Both the position numbers and the translations under genes were made by a program. A stretch of 64,000 nucleotides of DNA from an uncultured Acidobacteriota bacterium (GTDB lineage: Bacteria > Acidobacteriota > Thermoanaerobaculia > Gp7-AA8), in assembly GCA_963741955.1 (NCBI GenBank), contig CAVUKB010000007.1, positions 128,001-192,000 on the forward strand, written 5' to 3'. Shown here piece by piece: positions 58,701 through 64,000 of this stretch; positions within the stretch are counted from its first letter, which is position 1; the number at the start of each line of letters is the position of its first letter. Under the pieces are notes generated by a model. It worked only from the letters and a program-made list of their open reading frames with translations, did not search any database and was not told where the DNA came from.

Positions 58701-58993
58701 ATTTTGCGCAGGGATACCGCGCGATGCAGCTCGGGAAAGTCGTCGGGGAGCCGACGGCGGGGTGGATCATCTACACCACGAATCAGCAACTGGTCGACGG
58801 GACGATCTTCCGGATCCCGTTCATCACGATTTCCACGGCCGAAGGTGAGCCGATGGAGCTCCATCCCCGTCCAGTCGACGTGAAGGTCGAGCGCGCTCCC
58901 GGCGAAGAACCGAAAGGCGTGGATTCCCAGCTCGATGCGGCGGTGAAGGAGCTTCTCGGTCAGATCGCCGGAAGCGCGCCTGCGCTGCGCTGA
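55766..58993 (+). CDS. Tricorn-like S41 peptidase with PD40 beta-propellers and PDZ
   Basis: Signal peptide; many SPDG repeats; GELNASH, DIRNNNGG, SLSDAEDF, GEPTAG. Confidence 0.93.
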   Translation: MKRLATLLVVSFAMCAASIAHGATPALSQPALSPDGSEIAFVAGGDIWTVPAKGGVARLLVASPATDSRPLYSPDGKFLAFDSDRSGNGDVYLLDLRSGALRRLTWDDGFESLDSISKDGRWIYYSSNSADVSGMDDVYRVSVDGGTPMIVSGERYTNEYFADPSPDGKTLALTALGIVSGQWWRHGHSHIDTTEIWTRRLDGDPGYTKIVAGNAKNAWPMWSPSGDRIYFMSDRDGNENLWSTTLSGDLAQLTRFTDGRVLWPTIAANGSAIAFERDFGISLLDLTTGGVAPVTVDLLGAPGSIPVEHRRFSSDIDEVSLSPDGKKVAFVVHGEVFAADAKEGGDAFRVTTTPAAESQISWAPDSKRLVYVSERGGAPGIWSYDFGSGKETRISQGSGADFAPFFSPDGKSIAYLRNGREIHIVSAGGSGDRVIATANVDIRPPLQSTRPYVWSHDGRWIAFMASGERMFRNAWVVPVDGSSTPAEASFLANVNNDTVSWSPDGTYLLFDSSQRTEPGEVARVDLVAETPKFREQQFRELFEEQTPKSVPSNKERAKTATTNSGGNGSTEKENAIAPVKIDLAGIRSRLTLLPLGIDVSSVAISPDGKHLLVDATSAGQENLYVYPLDPLSKDEPVAKQITSTTGSKRSAHFTPDSKEVIYLDRGKIMRVSIDDEKTKPIAVTAEMDVDFGRDKLEAFDQAWSWMRDLFHDPKMNGADWNLVRREFQPRVEAASTPDGFRRLLSLMVGELNASHLGARSSDRPERTTGHLGLRFDRDAYEKNGILEITEVVPLSPAAVSGKIAAGDVLLAIDGKSVDRSTPLAMLLDHRIGKETRLTVSSPGSSVRRDVAVKPVSLGSAKELLYRAWVESNRAYVDRISGGRLGYVHMADMSSDSLARLMVDLDAQNLSRDGVVIDIRNNNGGFVNAYALDVFGRRHYLNMTFRGMDTVPARSVLGQRALEKPTVLVTNRHSLSDAEDFAQGYRAMQLGKVVGEPTAGWIIYTTNQQLVDGTIFRIPFITISTAEGEPMELHPRPVDVKVERAPGEEPKGVDSQLDAAVKELLGQIAGSAPALR

Positions 58994-59003
58994 GAGAAGG
59001 TCG

Positions 59004-59044
59004 TGGACACGCGCTGACGGATCGACGCCGTCAGCGCGTGTCCA
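59004..59044. repeat. Perfect 17-bp inverted repeat (hairpin) between convergent genes
   Basis: tggacacgcgctgacgg-N7-ccgtcagcgcgtgtcca; no U-tract. Confidence 0.7.
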
Positions 59045-59175
59045 GCTCCGATTTTCCGGGCGGGACGTTGCGGCCGGGGTCCGGCCGAACCGGTCTGCTC
59101 GCGCCGCCTCGACGCGAGCACCCACTCGCCGGAGGGATCTCCTCTTCGCGATGTACGACGATCGGATCGATTGCG

Positions 59176-60645
59176 TCAGATTGATCCCGCTCCCCCTGCG
59201 ATACCGGGAACACCGAGCCGTTTACGCTCCGTTTCGATCGCGCTGATCCACTCCGGGCTGCAGAGTGGATGTCTGGCCGCTGAGGTGAGGAGAGACGACG
59301 CGGTGTCGACCTCGCCGAGCCTTCCTCGAATGGTCGCCAGCCGGACCGTTGCCCGGAGTGCCGCGAGCCCGTCGGGGTCGACGTGGACGAGTTCCGAGTA
59401 GAGGTCGAGAGCCCACCGCACCTCGCCGTCCTTTTCGAGCCACGCCGCGGCCCGGGCGAGAAAGCGAGGGTCGGGTCTTGCAGAAGCCGAGGTGACCTCG
59501 CGGATCAGCGCCGTCGCCACCTCGCTTTCGCCGTGCCGGATCGCGTGTTCGAGAAGACGGAGTGCACTCTCGCCGTACAACCGCCAATCCCGGGAGGCGA
59601 GAGCGATCTCGCAGGCGAGCCTTCGTGCGTCGATGTTCTCCGGCTCGCGGTGCAGAAGAGAACGAATGGTACGGGAGGCCATTTCGACATCTCCCTCTCG
59701 AAAGGCATCCATAGCATGGATCAGCTGCTCACTCTGCTGCCACGAGATCTGGCCCTCGATTTTCGGGTGGATGAACTTCTGCTCGATTCCGAAGCCGCGC
59801 ATCACGAGCCCGATGACGATACCCCAGACGAACCCGCCCACGTGAGCCCAGAACGCAACGCCGCTCGATCCGCTGTCGGTCACTGCGAGAAACATCTGCG
59901 ATGCGAACCAGAACGGAAGAACCACGAACGCCGGAAGAAAGAAACGATAGTGCCAGGTGGGCCGCCAGAGGAAGGGGACGAGAATGAACTCGAGCCTGGT
60001 TCGAATGAACCGTACCAGGTAGGCGCCCATCACCGCAGCGATCGCTCCCGAAGCACCGATGAGCGGGACGTAGCTTCCCGGATGGTGCCACACGTACGTC
60101 TCGGTCGCGATGATTCCGCCGGAGAAGTAGAGGAACACGAAGATCGGCCGTCCGAAAACGTCCTCGACGAACGGAGCGGTGACGAAGAAGAACAGCAGGT
60201 TCCCGAGTAGGTGCATCAGATCGCCGTGCATGAACATCGACGTGATCAGCGTGAGCACCGACGGTTCTGCGGGAACGTAGGCGAACCGGAGAAGTGGAAT
60301 GGTCCGGCTCATCCGCTGAAAATCGGCAGCGAGCGAGTCCAGATGCTTCTGCTGGCGCTGAATCTCGGAGCTGTCCCCGAGGTCTCCTGGAATCGACGCC
60401 GGATTACGAAGCCTTTCGGCGGGGGAGAGAAATCGCTCGATCTGCGGAGGAACCTGAAGATACGGATGGTCAGAGAGATAAGTGAAAGTCTCCTGCCACT
60501 TCGCTTCGATCGGGCCGACGTCCATCCCGGTCATCGCCCCGTGCACGCCGAGGAACATCAGGATGTTCAGAGCGATGACCGCGTACGACACCCAGGCGTG
60601 GCGTCGAACTTCGGCGTTCTCCCGGCCGATGGGCAGAAAGAGCAT
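59176..60645 (-). CDS. Rhomboid intramembrane serine protease with a C-terminal TPR-like region
   Basis: SMFMHG..HLLGN, IGASGAI, AHVGGF; start is ATG 60645 or TTG 60651. Confidence 0.9.
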   Translation of the reverse strand: MLFLPIGRENAEVRRHAWVSYAVIALNILMFLGVHGAMTGMDVGPIEAKWQETFTYLSDHPYLQVPPQIERFLSPAERLRNPASIPGDLGDSSEIQRQQKHLDSLAADFQRMSRTIPLLRFAYVPAEPSVLTLITSMFMHGDLMHLLGNLLFFFVTAPFVEDVFGRPIFVFLYFSGGIIATETYVWHHPGSYVPLIGASGAIAAVMGAYLVRFIRTRLEFILVPFLWRPTWHYRFFLPAFVVLPFWFASQMFLAVTDSGSSGVAFWAHVGGFVWGIVIGLVMRGFGIEQKFIHPKIEGQISWQQSEQLIHAMDAFREGDVEMASRTIRSLLHREPENIDARRLACEIALASRDWRLYGESALRLLEHAIRHGESEVATALIREVTSASARPDPRFLARAAAWLEKDGEVRWALDLYSELVHVDPDGLAALRATVRLATIRGRLGEVDTASSLLTSAARHPLCSPEWISAIETERKRLGVPGIAGGAGSI

Positions 60646-60812
60646 CAGCAACCTCGGAAGCAGGATTTTCCCGAGTGTAACAGAGTGGCGCCCGACGATG
60701 GCCGGCGGGAAATAACCCCCCCCGGACCTGCGTTGCTCGCTGCAATGCCCCGGACGGGCTATGGATTGGCCCGAGCGGCCGAACGTTCAACGTTCAAGGA
60801 GAATTCAGTTAC

Positions 60813-61016
60813 ATGAGAAGCAATGGAAAAGTGAAGTGGTTCAACGAGACCAAGGGATTCGGTTTCATCACCAGCGAAACCGGCGAGGATGTTTTCGTCC
60901 ATTACACGGCGATCCAGTCGCAGGGATTCCGTACTCTCCCGGAAGGCGCAAACGTCGAGTTCGATGTCGTCCAGGGTCCGAAGGGCCTTCAGGCTTCGAA
61001 CGTGACACTCGTCTGA
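60813..61016 (+). CDS. Cold-shock protein (CspA family)
   Basis: [28 protein letters not shown]; SD aaggag. Confidence 0.96.
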   Translation: MRSNGKVKWFNETKGFGFITSETGEDVFVHYTAIQSQGFRTLPEGANVEFDVVQGPKGLQASNVTLV

Positions 61017-61041
61017 GCGTCCGGACCACTCGACCGCCGAG

Positions 61042-61070
61042 AGCGGCTCCCGCGCGGAGCCGCTTTTTTT
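61042..61070 (+). terminator. Intrinsic terminator of csp
   Basis: agcggctcc-N5-ggagccgct followed by a T-run. Confidence 0.85.
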
Positions 61071-61073
61071 CGT

Positions 61074-61955
61074 TCAGAGCCCTGCGCGTTCTGCTGCGAT
61101 ACGGGCGAGCGCGGACCAGTCGAGATCTCCTTTTCCCGCCGCCACGCCGGAAAGGAAGTGGTCGTGGAGCATGCTGGCCAGAGGCATCGGGACTGCATGT
61201 TCGTCCGCGACCGCGAGAGCGAGCCGGACGTCTTTCAATCCGAGTTTCAGACGGAACCCGGGATCGAACGATTCGCGGACGATCATCCCTCCGTAGTTCT
61301 CGAGGATCGGGGAGCGGAAGAGGCTGGTGACGATCTCCAGAAAACGCTCCCGCTCGATGCCCGCTTTCGCGACGAGGGCGAAGGACTCACCGAGCATTTC
61401 GATCATCGACGCGATCATGAAGTTCCCGGCGAGCTTCACGACATTCGCCGCTTCGGGAGCTTCGCCGACGTGGAATGTCCCCTGCCCCATCGCCTCGAAT
61501 GCAGGCCCGCAACGTGCCACGTCGCCGGCGGAGCCGCCGGCGACGATCCAGAGCTTCTTCGCCTTCGCGGCGTCGGGGCGGCCGAAGACCGGAGCAGCGA
61601 CGAAACTTCCGGAGCGCTCGCCGTGAGCTGCGGCGAGGCGCCTGGAGAGCGCGGTGCTGATGGTGCTCATCGAGACGTGGATCGCTCCGTCGGGAAGTGC
61701 ATCGAGAAACCCGTTCCGCTCTTCGTTTCCCCAGACGACTTCTTCGACCGCAGCGTCATCCGCGAGCATGGTGATCACCAGCTCGGCGTCCGAGACTGCG
61801 GCGGCCGGATCCGCGGCCGTCTCTCCCCCGGCGCCCGCCATCTCCTTCGATCGGGAAGCGGTCCGGTTCCAGACCCGAAGTGAGTGACCTCCGGCGATCA
61901 GATTCCGCGCCATCGGCGCGCCCATGTTTCCGAGCCCGAGGAAAGCGATTCGCAT
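61074..61955 (-). CDS. NAD(P)-dependent beta-hydroxyacid dehydrogenase family protein
   Basis: IAFLGLGNMG, APVFG, VVKLAGN, KDVRLAL. Confidence 0.92.
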   Translation of the reverse strand: MRIAFLGLGNMGAPMARNLIAGGHSLRVWNRTASRSKEMAGAGGETAADPAAAVSDAELVITMLADDAAVEEVVWGNEERNGFLDALPDGAIHVSMSTISTALSRRLAAAHGERSGSFVAAPVFGRPDAAKAKKLWIVAGGSAGDVARCGPAFEAMGQGTFHVGEAPEAANVVKLAGNFMIASMIEMLGESFALVAKAGIERERFLEIVTSLFRSPILENYGGMIVRESFDPGFRLKLGLKDVRLALAVADEHAVPMPLASMLHDHFLSGVAAGKGDLDWSALARIAAERAGL

Positions 61956-62091
61956 TGGAGACTCCTGAACTCTGGTGCGGCATTTCACGTTTGGTGAAAC
62001 GCCGCGCACCAATCAATACCTGACCCCATCGAACGTCGGGTGCGGCGGAAAACGTGCGGAGTGAAAGAGCAGCCGCGGCTGCTGATGACGT

Positions 62092-62535
62092 CTACTGGTT
62101 CTGGTCGTTCTCGATGTCGATCAGGTTGATCTCGAAGTTCAGATCCTTCCCGGCGAGAGGGTGGTTCGCGTCGAGCCGGACCGCCTCCTCGGTGACTTCG
62201 TCCACGCGCACCGGCGTGGTGCGACCGTCCGCGAGCTGCATCTGGAGCCACTGGCCCGGTTCGGGTTTGATCTCCGGAGGCATCGAGTCACGACTGACCT
62301 CGACCACCATGTCCTCGCGACGTGGCCCGTAGGCGCGGTCGGCGGGAATGTGCTCGCTCCTGGTCTGGCCGGGCTCCATTCCGCGGATCGCGTCTTCGAA
62401 GCCGGGGATCACCTCTCCTTCGCCGAGGGTGATCGCAAGCGGCTCGCGTTCCTGGGAAGAATCGAAAACTCTTCCGTCGTCGAACTTGCCGGTGTAGTGG
62501 ACCTTGACCTTGTCTCCATCTTTGGCTCGAGGCAT
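62092..62535 (-). CDS. FKBP-type peptidyl-prolyl isomerase, SlyD/FkpB-like (no His-rich tail)
   Basis: VKVHYTG..VFDSS, VIPGFE, AYG, DANHPLAGKDLNF; SD aaggag. Confidence 0.93.
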   Translation of the reverse strand: MPRAKDGDKVKVHYTGKFDDGRVFDSSQEREPLAITLGEGEVIPGFEDAIRGMEPGQTRSEHIPADRAYGPRREDMVVEVSRDSMPPEIKPEPGQWLQMQLADGRTTPVRVDEVTEEAVRLDANHPLAGKDLNFEINLIDIENDQNQ

Positions 62536-62620
62536 TGTTTCTCCTTTAGCCGGACGAATCCGGCGATGTGTGAGAGGAACAGGGCTTGCGAGATCGTTAC
62601 CAGTCGAGAGGGAAGCTCGG

Positions 62621-63523
62621 CTATTTGCCGAGCATCGCCATCTGCTGGTCGTCGCCGGAGGCCAGGATCTGCTCGACCTGTTCCTGGAGGCGGCGCTGAT
62701 AGTCGCGCCTGGATTGCGCGACACGCACCAGATAGTCGTGCGTCTCACGGAACGGAGGGACTCCGCCGAAGCGGTCGACATTGCCCTCACCCGCGTTGTA
62801 GGCTGCGAGCACCATCTTCATATCCGAACCGTAGCGCTGAAAGAGATAGCGGAGATAGCGGGTGCCGGTGCGGACGTTGACTGCGGGATTCATCAGATCG
62901 CTCCCGCCCATCAGCTCACCGGTGCTCGGGACGATCTGCATCAGCCCCTGAGCATTCTTTCGCGAGATCAGAGTGGGCCGGAAATCCGATTCGGTCTTCA
63001 CGACCGCAGCGACGAGCTCGGGCGAGAGGCCGTTGCGCTTCGCTTCGCGGTAGATGATCCATCCGAACGGGACGTCGCGACGGAAGAACTGTTCGCGCAC
63101 TTTCTCCAGAAGCTGTTCGCCCAGAAGTTGCTCGGCGGCCTCGGTGCTTCCGGGTCGGGCCGGATCGAGTCCTTCTTCGAGCGACTGAAGCGACAGATCG
63201 GAACGGAGCAGCGGAGGCTGCGCCGGCCATTCGACCCGGGGCGACATCAGAGCCTGGAGGTCCGCTGCACCGCGGTTTTCCGCGGTGGTGGTGTTGATTC
63301 CGGTCATCGGCAGAACGCTGATGCCGAAGACGACCGGCAGCCCGACCAGGAATGCCTTGCTGCGACGCCGCAACCACTGACCCCCCGCGGTGACGCGGCG
63401 AGCCACGCGGTTGCGTAAGCGAGGGCGATGACGCTGGCAGTTACAGATGACACGCCAGTCTTCGACACCCGCAATGCGGTATCGGGATCCGCCGGAACCC
63501 ACTGGACCGAGTGTGACTTCCAT
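62621..63523 (-). CDS. Lytic transglycosylase (SLT domain) with a membrane anchor
   Basis: VVKTESDF, AQGLMQIVP, LAAYNAGEG, ETHDY; start uncertain (MEVTL chosen). Confidence 0.85.
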   Translation of the reverse strand: MEVTLGPVGSGGSRYRIAGVEDWRVICNCQRHRPRLRNRVARRVTAGGQWLRRRSKAFLVGLPVVFGISVLPMTGINTTTAENRGAADLQALMSPRVEWPAQPPLLRSDLSLQSLEEGLDPARPGSTEAAEQLLGEQLLEKVREQFFRRDVPFGWIIYREAKRNGLSPELVAAVVKTESDFRPTLISRKNAQGLMQIVPSTGELMGGSDLMNPAVNVRTGTRYLRYLFQRYGSDMKMVLAAYNAGEGNVDRFGGVPPFRETHDYLVRVAQSRRDYQRRLQEQVEQILASGDDQQMAMLGK

Positions 63524-64000
63524 GGCCGTCGTGGAGGCGAGGCAAAAACCGAACCATCCTTCGTAACGTTCGTTCATTTCGGCACTTAAGATTGCGTCAT
63601 CCGCGGCACAGGGCGGGGTTGCGCCGCGCGTATTTGTCCGGTTCGAGCTCCGCGGGTCCGCAAAATCCTGCGCAGCACCCGCGTGACGCCATCTACGTCT
63701 CGAAAAGCCGGCGTCACCATGATCGATGACTGTCTTTGAGAACACCATTCTACTCTCTTTGACCGCATCGATTCCATGCAACGACCCTCACGAAACTGAT
63801 CCGGTGCCGTTTTGATTTCACGTTTACCGATTTTTTTCGTTCGAACGCTCATTCATGGAACCTCTCGTTCCTCTCGTGCTGCATGTATGTTCGGTCCATC
63901 GCGCGGTTCACGTCGTGACCCGCATCACGTGATGTGATCTGCGTCACCAGTTCGGTTGATGATCAGGCGGGATGACGAGCGGGGTCATGTCTACAGTTCG

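Noticed and set aside
63581-63596. Plus-strand sigma54-like motif GGCACTTAAGATTGC
   Set aside because: GG-to-GC spacing is 11 rather than the required 10, and no downstream gene is visible in the window.
63600-64000. Possible gene or RNA at the window end
   Set aside because: No supportable ORF or RNA motif; it looks like regulatory or intergenic DNA cut off by the window edge.

Overview
High-GC bacterial chromosomal window with about 58 protein-coding genes. I found no rRNA, tRNA, CRISPR array, prophage or transposase. Gene content and repeat style suggest Acidobacteriota (Thermoanaerobaculia-like), which is inference only. Core and metabolic genes include ahcY, pntAA/pntAB/pntB, mscL, tag, arfB, a sugar ABC importer, an ABC-2 exporter, a K+ channel, two CaCA antiporters, csp and slyD-like. 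Exported or membrane peptidases are unusually dense (M4, M16 pair, M20, M28, S41 tricorn-like, rhomboid, C39-like, zincins). Best finding: a selenoprotein that the ORF track splits in two. It is an orphan GrdB/PrdB-like CDS (19416-20183) with an in-frame UGA in a U-P-M-C motif, followed by a correctly spaced SECIS-like hairpin. It starts 1 nt after the ribosome-rescue gene arfB and lies just upstream of the transhydrogenase operon. Other highlights: a coupled operon of a 4xCxxC zinc-finger protein and two Ku genes with no ligD in the window; a membrane-anchored GcvH-like protein lacking the lipoyl lysine under a sigma54-type promoter; a rubrerythrin with a signal peptide; several MITE/REP/REPIN-like repeats; and a recurring leaderless-mRNA promoter layout. 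All family assignments come from motif recognition by eye, not from database searches.
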